Assembly: GCA_963769425.1 (NCBI GenBank)
Contig: CAVYLP010000003.1
Location: 96,001 to 160,000, forward strand
Length of the DNA: 64,000 bases
Source of the DNA: Candidatus Bathyarchaeota archaeon
GTDB lineage: Archaea; Thermoproteota; Bathyarchaeia; TCS64
Direction: 5' to 3'
Every line of letters begins with the position of its first letter. Position 1 is the stretch's first letter. Shown piece by piece: positions 31,354-40,564 of the stretch. The position numbers and the translations under genes are program-made. The notes below the pieces were generated by a model. The model saw only the letters and a list, made by a program, of their open reading frames with translations, searched no databases and had not been told where the DNA came from.

Positions 31354-31428
31354 GGGCGCGTAGATTAGTAGTAGATCGCCTGCCTCGCACGCAGGAGGTC
31401 AGGGGTTCAATTCCCCTCGCGTCCACCA
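31354..31428 (+). tRNA. tRNA-Ala(CGC)
   Basis: G3:U70 pair, CCTGC-CTCGCAC-GCAGG, TTCAATT T-loop, CCA. Confidence 0.93.
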
Positions 31429-31466
31429 CTTTTTGGCCAAGATTTATTGTCACCAAAATTACTTGT

Positions 31467-31724
31467 TTGTATAGTGTCTCTATGGTTGAGCTTCGCAAGT
31501 TCACGATCGATGAGTTGAAACAATACGATGGTAGGAAGGGTAGGCCGGCGTACATCGCATTTAGGGGCAAGGTCTACGACGTGACCGACAACTACACGTG
31601 GGGTGATGGAAACCACTACGGCGAGCATCAGGCCGGAGGCGACACCACAGACGGGATCACGGATGCGCCACACGGCGACGAGAAACTCGAAGCAACAGTC
31701 TTGATCGGTGAATTGGTGAAGTAG
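31467..31724 (+). CDS. Cytochrome b5-like heme/steroid-binding protein
   Basis: FTIDELKQYDG, GKVYDVT, H..G.D, APHG. Confidence 0.85.
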   Translation: MYSVSMVELRKFTIDELKQYDGRKGRPAYIAFRGKVYDVTDNYTWGDGNHYGEHQAGGDTTDGITDAPHGDEKLEATVLIGELVK

Positions 31725-31763
31725 CGAGGGGCAACAGTGTAGTATATAGTGGGTGACACCACC

Positions 31764-31789
31764 ATTAATATATCCCCTCCCCCCGGATA
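31764..31789 (+). promoter_or_regulatory. TATA box and putative CsoR operator
   Basis: TTAATATA followed by TATCC-CCTCCCCCC-GGATA (inverted repeat around a C-tract), just upstream of csoR. Confidence 0.6.
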
Positions 31790-31796
31790 GGATGCC

Positions 31797-32066
31797 ATGT
31801 CGACCATTCACAAGCAGCGGAAGAACGCCCGGGACAGGCTCGTCAGGGCCGAGGGCCACCTCCACGGCATCATAAAGATGATAGACGAGGACAAGGAGTG
31901 CCCCGACATCCTCATACAGATAGCCGCCGTCAAGGCCGCACTAAACAAGGCGGGCGAGGTAATCCTCGAGGACCACCTCGAACACTGCCTCGTCGAGGCC
32001 GTGAAATCGGGTGACATAGCGCCCCAACTGGAGGAGTTGAAGGCGGCCCTCCAGAAGCTCATCTAG
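31797..32066 (+). CDS. csoR: CsoR/RcnR metal-sensing repressor
   Basis: RL.RAEGHLHGI, CPDIL.Q, HLEHC. Confidence 0.9.
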   Translation: MSTIHKQRKNARDRLVRAEGHLHGIIKMIDEDKECPDILIQIAAVKAALNKAGEVILEDHLEHCLVEAVKSGDIAPQLEELKAALQKLI

Positions 32067-32074
32067 GTGATGAC

Positions 32075-33909
32075 ATGGCAGCAACCTGGAAGAAGATAAT
32101 ACTGGCGATCAGCGTCGCTTTAGCCGCGGTCAGCTGGCTCAGCCAGACCTTCGGCCTCCTGCCACTGGAGACATCCACCATCATCGGCATGATCGCCGCG
32201 GGCCTCGGGGCCGTCTTCATCGGTGACAGCGCCTTCCGAGCCCTCCGCGAGGGGAACTTCGGCATAGACATCCTCGCCACCTTCGCCGTCGTCGCCTCAA
32301 TATACGTCGGAGAATATGTCGCCGCGGCCGTCGTGGTCCTGATGCTTGGTGGCGGCGAGATCCTCGAAGACTACACGAGCGGCAGGGCCTCCGTGGCGAT
32401 CGAGAAGCTCGTGGAGGAGTCGCCGAAGACGGCGATCGTTGTACGGGACGGCAAGGAGTTGGAGGTGCCCATTTCCGAGGTTAAGATAGGGGAGACCGTC
32501 GTCGTCAAGCCTGGGGGTAAGATCCCCGTAGATGGCGTAGTGAAGTCAGGTAATGCTTCCGTTAATCAGGCGTCGATCACCGGAGAGTCGATGCCCGTCG
32601 AGCGCGGTGTCGGCGAGAGCGTCTTCGGCGGCACGATCATCGAACTCGGCAGCCTCGACGTAGAGGTGACGGCGATCGGTGAGCAGAGCACCTACGGCAA
32701 GATAATAAAGATGGTCGAGGAGGCGGAGAAGCACAAGGCACCCATTGAGCGCACGGCCGACAGGTACGCCAAGTACTTCACGCCTATTATCCTCGGCCTG
32801 GGCGTGATAGTCTACATAGTTACAGGTAGTCTCCTCAGGGTCGCGGCGCTCTGGGTCATCGCATGCCCATGCAGTCTTACCCTGGCAACGCCCATGGCCG
32901 TCGTCGCAAGCATAGGCAACTCGGCCCGCAAGGGCATACTGATACGCAACGGTGAGAGCCTCGAGAGGCTGAGCAGCGTCGACGTCCTCGCCCTCGACAA
33001 GACCGGAACTATAACCACCGGGCGCCCCGAGGTCGTGGCCATTAAGGCCTTCGACGTGGAGGAGAGCGTCGTACTCGGTGTCGCCGCCACCGCGGAGAAG
33101 CGGTCCGAGCACCCCCTCGCCCAAGCCATCCTGAAGAAGGCTAATGAGGACGGGGTAAACGTCGATGATCCTCAGAATCTGGTGATGGAGCCGGGTCTTG
33201 GAGTCACGGCGGAGACGAAGGATGGGGCCATCCTCGTCGGCAACGACAAACTACTGGCTAAAAATGGTGTCAAGCTCACCAAGGAGGCATCTGAGTACTC
33301 GTCGTCGGTCGAGTCAAACAGGACACTGATCTACGTCGCCCGTGGCGGACATCTACTAGGCGCGATCGAGGTCGCGGACACCGTCAGAGGCGATCTTGTT
33401 GGCACCTTCAAGGAGACGAAGAGGTACGTGAAGAAGACGATCATGCTCACCGGCGACAACGAGTCCGTTGCGAAGACGATCGGCGAGCAGGTAGGCGTCG
33501 ACGAGGTGTTCTTCAACCTACTCCCCGAGCAGAAGGTCGAGAAGATCAAGGAGCTGAAAGCTCAGGGGTACAAGGTCGCCATGATCGGCGACGGCGTAAA
33601 CGACGCACCGGCCTTGGCCACGAGCGACGTGGGGATCGCCATGGGCCTTAGAGGCACTGATGTAGCCATCGAGACCGCGGGGGTAGTCCTCGCTACAGAC
33701 GACCTAAAGCGGATACCCAAGCTCCTCAGGATCGGCACCTCGACGATGACGGTCATAAAGCAGAACCTAGTCTTCGCGATGACCGTGAACGTAATAGGGA
33801 TAGGGCTGAGTGTGACCGGCATCATCCCGCCGCTAGTCGCCTCCGTCATACACGAGAGCAACGCCCTCTCGTAATGCTGAACTCACTCCGATTACTGCGA
33901 ATCGACTGA
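32075..33909 (+). CDS. Heavy-metal P1B-type ATPase (frameshift near 3' end)
   Basis: TGES, CPC, DKTGT, SEHP, GDGVND, HESN; shifted frame ends VMLNSLRLLRID*. Confidence 0.9.
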
Positions 33910-34473
33910 CTTCTCCATATTCAAGTCCTCCGAATCTAAAAAGGGAAAAAGCCTCTTGAACGGTACCCAGCACCCCGTCTTAAGGTTGTAGAACCACGCC
34001 TTGTTAATGTCCTCAAGCAACTTCTCGGTGATAGTGGCCAAGATTGGGTAATGGGCGTTTTCTACCTCCACACTCGAAGCGATCACGGGCACTATCCCCT
34101 CAGGATAATCCCACGCGCGGTCCTTAAGGACCGTACATGTCATATCGAATGTCTTCACGACTTTAAGGCTCTGGTTTATCACGGGGACAAAGGGGTAAGA
34201 TCTGCAAATAGTGGGGCGGTAGGCGTGCATCGTGCATCCACCGAGCCTTCTATGGGGACAGGAGTTGAGACGCATCTGATAGGTTATGATTTCAAATTCA
34301 GGATCCTTTGGGGAAACGCCTACTCCATAAGCGGGTCTTACTTGGTCTTTTCTGAATAGTTCGACCTCCCCGGGAAGGAGAGGTAGTCATTCGCGGACAC
34401 CTTGTCTATCAATGAGTAGTCTGTTGCAGCAGATCCCGCAGTTGATGCAGTGGTAGACTATTGGCTCGGGCAA
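33892..34473 (-). pseudogene. YkgJ-type cysteine cluster protein with in-frame TGA
   Basis: YHCINCGICC...GVRE*LPLLPGE...CPH...C.M...RPTICRSYPF all in one frame. Confidence 0.7.
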
Positions 34474-34502
34474 GGCTGAAAAGCTGGTGTGGCTTCCCCG
34501 AT

Positions 34503-34805
34503 TTAAAGCCGCTCAAGTTTGAAGACTACAGGGCGTAGCCCGTCGGTGCAGCAGGAGATCATGAAGCCTTTTTTCTTTATCCAAGGAAAATCTCCACCCA
34601 TGGCGAGATGAACCACGTCTCTCTGAATATCCGACCATGCCCAGGAGCAGAAACCTTCAGGCATACTCATGCCCTTAGAGATGTACTCCTTCCCATCCTG
34701 CATTACATTACAGGTTGGCTGCATCTCAACATCGGCATACTCCTTAAAGATTTCATGAGTAGGAAGCTTCTTAGCCACGGTTATTTTAACGTCTGAGAAC
34801 TTCAT
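34503..34805 (-). CDS. TIGR04076 family protein
   Basis: PEGFCSWAW, CCTDGLRPVVFKLER. Confidence 0.85.
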   Translation of the reverse strand: MKFSDVKITVAKKLPTHEIFKEYADVEMQPTCNVMQDGKEYISKGMSMPEGFCSWAWSDIQRDVVHLAMGGDFPWIKKKGFMISCCTDGLRPVVFKLERL

Positions 34806-34909
34806 CTATATACCCAAATAAAATAATGGTTTTTTTAGTTAATAATGGTACCCTTATTGGATCACTTTTTAAAAATGTTAATTTCTGTGAGGGAATACTT
34901 GCGAATATC

Positions 34910-35185
34910 TTAGTGACTGGAACATGAAATGCATGGGTCGTATGCTCTTACCAACATTTCCATGGTGAGCTCGATTTCTCTATCCGCCTTATTCGCGTTG
35001 GGGGAAGAAATACTTCTTGGGAGGGAGAAGAGTTACCTCATAATCAGGCCGAAGCTCATCGGGAGAATCGAGTACATCGAAGACATATTTGTCGCCTCTG
35101 GACTTGACACCTATCGTCGCCAGATATAGTCTTTTATCAGATTGGCTATGAATTCTGTAAAATCTTCCTTGGATATTATCTTCAT
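34910..35185 (-). pseudogene. Collapsed group 3b [NiFe]-hydrogenase operon remnant (beta 5' end joined to alpha 3' end)
   Basis: MKIISKEDF...LRPDYEVTLLPPKKYFFPQRE immediately followed by EMLVRAYDPCISCSSH*. Confidence 0.8.
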
Positions 35186-35546
35186 TAGATCGACACTAAA
35201 AACGATAAGGTATCCTTTACAAAGAAAATACTTGCGTACAGTAAATGGTGTATATACTTGTTTGGAGCCGCCGGTAAGGACACTATTTTTGTTTAATTTG
35301 TTTATTTTAAGTATAACCGGTGTCTTTATCGTTTTTATTAACAAATATAAATTGATGAATGAAACTGCTCATCTCTTTTTTCCAACCAGCCAAAGATAAT
35401 GCCTGCTACAAACTTCAGAACCCATAACCAGTAAATCATTGATTAAAAAAATGGTGTCTAAAAGCGTTAAAATCAGGTTAATCTATATAACAAAGACAAA
35501 CTGGCTATCCATAAAACAGATAACCAATGCAAAGGAAAAAAAGAGC

Positions 35547-35966
35547 GTGAAAATACCAAAACCCAGGCGACGATACGTGAGTATCGGGAACGTGACCCGT
35601 AGATCCCGCTATGAACCTAGACCTCGACGTATCCGAATCGACCCATCCACCAAGAGGGAGTTGTTCATCTACGAGACCGATAAAACAAAAGCCGCAATAC
35701 AGAAAATAATAGACGACCCCGAGACCCCAGACAAGATCCGAATACAGGCAGCGAACTGCTACGCCAATTTAATAAGGGTCAGCTACCAGATGGTGAGGGA
35801 CATAGACATCGAGGACGTCGAGCGCCAAATAGAAGAGCTCGAAGACGAATTTAACAAGCAAAGGGACAACGATCTCGACTTCTCGCCCCAAGCCGACTCC
35901 ACACACACAGAAGATGAGGAACAAAAACAACCCTCGAAAACTACTACCACAGTAGGTGCGACATGA
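35547..35966 (+). CDS. Hypothetical protein (basic N-terminus, helical core, coiled coil)
   Basis: ORF 35439-35966, likely start GTG 35547; stop overlaps next gene (ATGA). Confidence 0.65.
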   Translation: MKIPKPRRRYVSIGNVTRRSRYEPRPRRIRIDPSTKRELFIYETDKTKAAIQKIIDDPETPDKIRIQAANCYANLIRVSYQMVRDIDIEDVERQIEELEDEFNKQRDNDLDFSPQADSTHTEDEEQKQPSKTTTTVGAT

Positions 35967-36355
35967 GAACCTACATATATACACCAAACGAGAGAAGAGC
36001 TCTAACCGCCTGGCTTAAAGGACAAGCAGAGCGGAAAGACTCAGCCTCCCTAGATCAGGTCCTCACCAGAACAAAGAGCAACCGCGCAGCCCTTACTCGG
36101 GACCTTCAGCTACTCACGCTCACGACCAAGAAATTACACGCTGAGGGACGTAAACGGCACAAATCCGACCTAGAGGTTACTATCGCCGTCGCCCCCCTCA
36201 CTCTTGAGGCAGCGAACAGAGAAACCTACACACTGCTCCCCACGCTTCGTCGGTCAGAGGAAACCGCAAACGACCCAGCAGCACCAACAGATGTGCGCCT
36301 AGACGCCTTTCAAGAAGTTGCACGCATAGCCAAGGAGATCAGAGGAACAATCTGA
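35963..36355 (+). CDS. Hypothetical protein (YIYTxxER family; paralog at 29.3-29.7 kb)
   Basis: Translational coupling to the upstream gene; in-window paralog. Confidence 0.7.
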   Translation: MRTYIYTPNERRALTAWLKGQAERKDSASLDQVLTRTKSNRAALTRDLQLLTLTTKKLHAEGRKRHKSDLEVTIAVAPLTLEAANRETYTLLPTLRRSEETANDPAAPTDVRLDAFQEVARIAKEIRGTI

Positions 36356-36615
36356 CAAAAAAACAGGATACCATAAAAGGAATCCACAAAAACAGGAGAA
36401 AAAAAGGGAGTTACAATCCCCAAAGTAGCTTCCGCGTTCACAGGGAACACCCAACAACACTGGAATAGCAAGCCGTCAAGGACTGATCAAAGCTCCATTG
36501 TTTAAAGGAGGTGGTCATACGTTTAAAACGATCAGAAAAAATCAAATCAGGAGAAGCATTTACAACGACTTAAACCCCAAACAGACCCCTAAAAAATCTC
36601 CGTTAGGTTTTTTGT

Positions 36616-36692
36616 TGGTGCCGCTGGTGTGATTTGAACACACAACCCCTCGGTCTTCAGCCGAGCGCTCTCCCAGGCTGAGCTACAGCGGC
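36616..36692 (-). tRNA. tRNA-Phe(GAA)
   Basis: GCCGCTG/CAGCGGC, CTCGG-CTGAAGA-CCGAG, TTCAAAT, CCA. Confidence 0.95.
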
Positions 36693-36754
36693 GCGACAAA
36701 CCATAGGCTGGGGGAATTGATATAAAGATTTTCGTCGTGTGATAGGTTTCGCCG

Positions 36755-36982
36755 CTAGACGGCGTCACCAGTCATCGAAGCGCCGTTCTTTTTGGCGACC
36801 TCGACCACAATGCCGACCTGCCTGGGGTCCATCCCCTTTCCAGCCAGCACTTCAACGAGACCGTCAAGGCTCTTTATCTCCGGGTCCTCTATTGCTCTCA
36901 TTATTCGCCTCGCGTCGTAGTACCCCAAGGCGCTCCTCAGGTCCCTGTAGAGGGCCTTCCTAAACAGCGTGCTCAGCTTCAT
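36755..36982 (-). CDS. Small hypothetical protein, last gene of the hydrogenase operon
   Basis: MKLSTLFRKALY..., 75 aa, GGAGG upstream, overlaps end of the HycG-like gene. Confidence 0.6.
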   Translation of the reverse strand: MKLSTLFRKALYRDLRSALGYYDARRIMRAIEDPEIKSLDGLVEVLAGKGMDPRQVGIVVEVAKKNGASMTGDAV

Positions 36983-37457
36983 CTGATCCCTCCCTCCTCG
37001 AAACCTTCTGCTCGACCTTGCCGAGCCCCAGCAGTAGGCCGTGTATGAGCGCCTCGGGTTTCGGCGGACAGCCGGGCACATAGACGTCCACAGGCACCGC
37101 CTTGTCGACCCCACCGACGACGGTGAAGCTGTCATGGAATATCCCACCACCGCAGGCGCAGCTACCGATAGCGACGATCAGCTTCGGATCGGGAGCCGCT
37201 TCGACCGCATTCCGCAGCGTGGCGGCCGACTGCCTCGTAACCGGTCCTGTCACAAGCAGGATGTCCGCATGCTTCGGGCTTGACACCCTCTTCACTCCGA
37301 ACCTCTCCGCGTCGAAGTAGGGGGTGAGCGTGTCGATTATCTCGATGTCGCACCCGTTGCACCCGCCGGTGTTGACGTGGAAGACCCACGGGCTCCTGCC
37401 GAGCCTCCTGATCCTCTCCAGTTTCCCCTCGGCGTCTAGGCTGCGTTCACTGCTCAT
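36960..37457 (-). CDS. Group 4 hydrogenase small subunit (HycG/NuoB-like)
   Basis: GCNGCDIE, SPKHAD, GSCA, PGCPP. Confidence 0.9.
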   Translation of the reverse strand: MSSERSLDAEGKLERIRRLGRSPWVFHVNTGGCNGCDIEIIDTLTPYFDAERFGVKRVSSPKHADILLVTGPVTRQSAATLRNAVEAAPDPKLIVAIGSCACGGGIFHDSFTVVGGVDKAVPVDVYVPGCPPKPEALIHGLLLGLGKVEQKVSRREGSDEAEHAV

Positions 37458-37986
37458 CCTTGACCCTCCTGTAGGCGTCCGCGGACGCGTCGCCCCAGCG
37501 CGTCTTCTTGCACTCGGGGCAGAGATGAACCATTCCCTTGAGGCTCTTGTCGAGTTCGTATGCAAGTTCCCCATACTCCGCGAGGGTGTATTCGAGCGCA
37601 CGCTCGGTCGTGAAGTAAGAGCCGCACCCCTCGCACTTCACCCTCCGCAGCCGCAGCTCGACTTCTAGCGCCTCCTTGGTGGTGGAGGCGAGCTCGTAGT
37701 CCTCAGAGAATCTAATGGCGTCTACTGGGCAAACCTCCTCGCAGAGGCCGCACATTATGCACCTACCGTAGAATAACTTCAGCTTCCACGACTCCTCTTG
37801 CTCCTCGATGGTCAGGGCGTTGGGCGGGCACACGCGTGCGCATGCGCCGCAGCCGATGCAGGTGTCGAACCCGATCTCGGGCCTCCCCCTCAGCCCCTCG
37901 GGCACCGGCCTCCTCTCGGAGGGGTACCTGTAGGTGACCCTGCCCTTCCCGATGCCGAGTCGGAGAAGCTTGATGACACCACTCAA
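37447..37986 (-). CDS. Group 4 hydrogenase Fe-S subunit (HycF/NuoI-like)
   Basis: CIGCGACARVCP, CIMCGLCEEVCP, extra CxxC...CxxC. Confidence 0.9.
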   Translation of the reverse strand: MSGVIKLLRLGIGKGRVTYRYPSERRPVPEGLRGRPEIGFDTCIGCGACARVCPPNALTIEEQEESWKLKLFYGRCIMCGLCEEVCPVDAIRFSEDYELASTTKEALEVELRLRRVKCEGCGSYFTTERALEYTLAEYGELAYELDKSLKGMVHLCPECKKTRWGDASADAYRRVKDEQ

Positions 37987-39650
37987 ATAAGTCGCCTCCC
38001 AAGGTCCTCACCTGAGACGACTCTCTCCACGCCACTCCCCACGTCGACGATAGCAACTCTCTCCGCGCAGGAGATGCACGGGTCGATGCTGCCTATGATG
38101 ATGGAGGCGTCCGCAAGCGTCTCCCCCACGAGCATCAGCTTCGCCGCGGGTAGGTTCGCGTAGGTTGGCGCCCTAACCCTCCACCGGTAGACGGTGTTAT
38201 CCCTCCCAGTTATGAGATAGTGCGCGTCCGTTCCCCTAGGGCCCTCAACTAGTCCCACGGATGTCACGTCGGACGGTATGTAGTCGATGGGCTGATGCAC
38301 AGGGCCACCGGGGATCCCCTCGAGGACCTGCCTCATGATCTTGATGGACTCTAGTGTGTCGTTGGCTCTGATGAGTGTCCGCGCGAGGACGTCCCCGCCC
38401 GACTCCACGGGGGTCTTGAACTCGAGGCTGCCGTAGGCCTCGTAGGGGAAGTCGCGTCTGACGTCCATGTCGACGCCCGAGCCCCTGGCGAGGGGACCCG
38501 TCACGGAGTGCCTCTTCGCCTCCTCGTTGGATAGACGACCTACACCCTTTAGCCTCCGCTTCAGGGTGTCGATGTCGAGGACCGCACCGAGTAACTCCTC
38601 GTATTCGAGTTGAACTTCGCCGATGACCTTGAGGGCCTCCTTCCTCCTGTCCTCCCTTATGTCCCTCCTCACGCCGCCGGGCACGATCATCCCGTACTGC
38701 TTCCGGTTCCCCGTGAGGAGCTCGGCGAGGCCCATCACCCTGTCCCTCACCCTCCAGAACTGCATGAGGCCGGTGTCGAAGCCGACCATGTGGGAGGCGA
38801 CGCCCAGCCAGAGCAGGTGGCTATGTATCCTCTCCATCTCCAGCATAGCGACGCGTATCCACCTCGCCCTCTCCGGCGGTTCGAAGCCAGCCGCCCCCTC
38901 AAGGGCCTGAGAGTAGGCCTCGGCGTGGACGGAACCACAGATGCCGCAGACCCTCTCCGCGATGAAGGGTATAGTCTCGTATGTGAGCCTCGTCTCCGCT
39001 ATCTTCTCCAGTCCCCTGTAGTTGAAGCCCGCCCTGAGGTCGACGCCCATTATCCTCTCCCCGTCGGCGTGGAACCTGAAGTAGATGGGCTCGTGTATGG
39101 CGAAGTGGTAGGGGCCGTAGGGGATCACGTTGAACATCGGGGCGTCCTCAGGCGCCTCAAAGGGGAAGCTGCCCGTCTCCTTCGTCGGTACCTGCGTATC
39201 GACCTTGAAGCTCTTCCTCATCGGGAAGACGTCATCGGGCCAGTCGTCTGCCATGAGCAGTTTCCTCGGGTTCGGGTGACCCACCGGCGTGAGGCCGAGC
39301 GACTCTTTGGCCTCCCTCTCATACCAGTCCGCGCTTGGGACCAAGGGAGTGACTGAGGCGAAGGACTCGTCCCCTCTCCTCGTCGTGGCCCTGAAGACGA
39401 TGGTCTGCCCAAGCCTGTACCATCCCAGCACATAGTCTACGAGGTAGTCATCCTCGGTGTCAACTCTGTCGGTGGCCACCATAGTGAGGAGGTTACCACC
39501 GATGGTGTTGTGGGCGTACTCAACCACGGCTGGGAGATGCTCCTTCCGAAGCTCTATCAGCCAAGTGTTACCGCGTAGGATGCTGGTCGATTTGACCTCG
39601 TTTGGGAACTTTTGCCGAATCTCCTCGACTATGTTTCTCTCCATGTTCAC
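37983..39650 (-). CDS. Group 4 [NiFe]-hydrogenase large subunit (HycE-like, NuoC+D fused)
   Basis: WYERE, GPYH, RGLEK, ERVCGIC, DPCISC plus C-terminal extension. Confidence 0.92.
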   Translation of the reverse strand: MNMERNIVEEIRQKFPNEVKSTSILRGNTWLIELRKEHLPAVVEYAHNTIGGNLLTMVATDRVDTEDDYLVDYVLGWYRLGQTIVFRATTRRGDESFASVTPLVPSADWYEREAKESLGLTPVGHPNPRKLLMADDWPDDVFPMRKSFKVDTQVPTKETGSFPFEAPEDAPMFNVIPYGPYHFAIHEPIYFRFHADGERIMGVDLRAGFNYRGLEKIAETRLTYETIPFIAERVCGICGSVHAEAYSQALEGAAGFEPPERARWIRVAMLEMERIHSHLLWLGVASHMVGFDTGLMQFWRVRDRVMGLAELLTGNRKQYGMIVPGGVRRDIREDRRKEALKVIGEVQLEYEELLGAVLDIDTLKRRLKGVGRLSNEEAKRHSVTGPLARGSGVDMDVRRDFPYEAYGSLEFKTPVESGGDVLARTLIRANDTLESIKIMRQVLEGIPGGPVHQPIDYIPSDVTSVGLVEGPRGTDAHYLITGRDNTVYRWRVRAPTYANLPAAKLMLVGETLADASIIIGSIDPCISCAERVAIVDVGSGVERVVSGEDLGRRLI

Positions 39651-40564
39651 AACCCCAAGGCCGGAGCTAGGTACGCAAGGATCAACGAGAACACCGATAG
39701 GATCAAGACGAAGCCGTAGAACCTCGACGCCTCAAGGAGTCTGAACCTGGCGTTCAGGGACTCGGCGAGTGACAGCACTAGGGTGCAGATAATGAGACTC
39801 GCAAGGTATACGATCACGACAGCGACCGAGTAACCGACGCCGTTCAGTCCCGGTGATACAAGCGCCGAGATGTAGAACGCTGGGATGGAGCACAGGGCAA
39901 GATTCCTGAGGTACTGCCCCAGCTTCAGGGTCCCGAGGGAGGGGCCACTGAACTCGATCAGTGGACCACCCGTGATCTCAGATTCTGCTTCCGCCACGTC
40001 AAACGGGGTCCTCCCACTCTCGGCGAGGAGGCAGAGGAAGTAAGCCAACCCGCTAAAGAGCAGGGGAATCAGAGCCACATACCCGCTCGCTGAGTAGTCT
40101 AGGGTCGTCGAGCCCCTGAGAATCACCAGCGAGACGAGTGACGCGATCATGGAGGGTTCGACAACTGTTGCGAGTATGACCTCCCTGGAGCCGCCGACCA
40201 CGCCGTAGGGGTTCCCGCTCGCGCTTCCCGCTAATGCGAAGGTGAAGGCCGAGAGGACGACCAGCTCGATGAAGACGATTCCGCCATCCAATATGGGCGC
40301 CTGAGCAGTCACTGTCGACATGGTCGCGAACATTGCGAGTGAAAGTACGAGTGTAAGCACGGGCACCATGACGAACAGGATGCCGCCCGATTCGGGAAGG
40401 ATGACTTCCTTCGAGAATAGCTTTAGTACGTCGTGCCACGACTGCGTGACTGGCGGGCCGACCCGGTTCTGGAGCCTCGCCGTTATCTTCCTCCGCAGCC
40501 CGTCGAGGAGGGGCGCGATCAGTATGGCCAACGCAAGGTTTACGACTAGAGGCAGGATGTTCAT
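39647..40564 (-). CDS. Hydrogenase membrane subunit (HycD/NuoH-like)
   Basis: RKITARLQNRVGPP, D..KL, PFDVAEAESE, EFSG. Confidence 0.9.
   Translation of the reverse strand: MNILPLVVNLALAILIAPLLDGLRRKITARLQNRVGPPVTQSWHDVLKLFSKEVILPESGGILFVMVPVLTLVLSLAMFATMSTVTAQAPILDGGIVFIELVVLSAFTFALAGSASGNPYGVVGGSREVILATVVEPSMIASLVSLVILRGSTTLDYSASGYVALIPLLFSGLAYFLCLLAESGRTPFDVAEAESEITGGPLIEFSGPSLGTLKLGQYLRNLALCSIPAFYISALVSPGLNGVGYSVAVVIVYLASLIICTLVLSLAESLNARFRLLEASRFYGFVLILSVFSLILAYLAPALGL

Noticed and set aside
34387-34389. Selenocysteine (and pyrrolysine at the 63.4-63.5 kb TAGs)
   Set aside because: The stops do not fall at Cys or catalytic positions, and no SECIS or pyl genes are visible.
36400-36520. 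Possible structured RNA with a strong SD-like AAAGGAGGTGGT
   Set aside because: No start codon follows, and I could not establish a convincing fold or known RNA motif.
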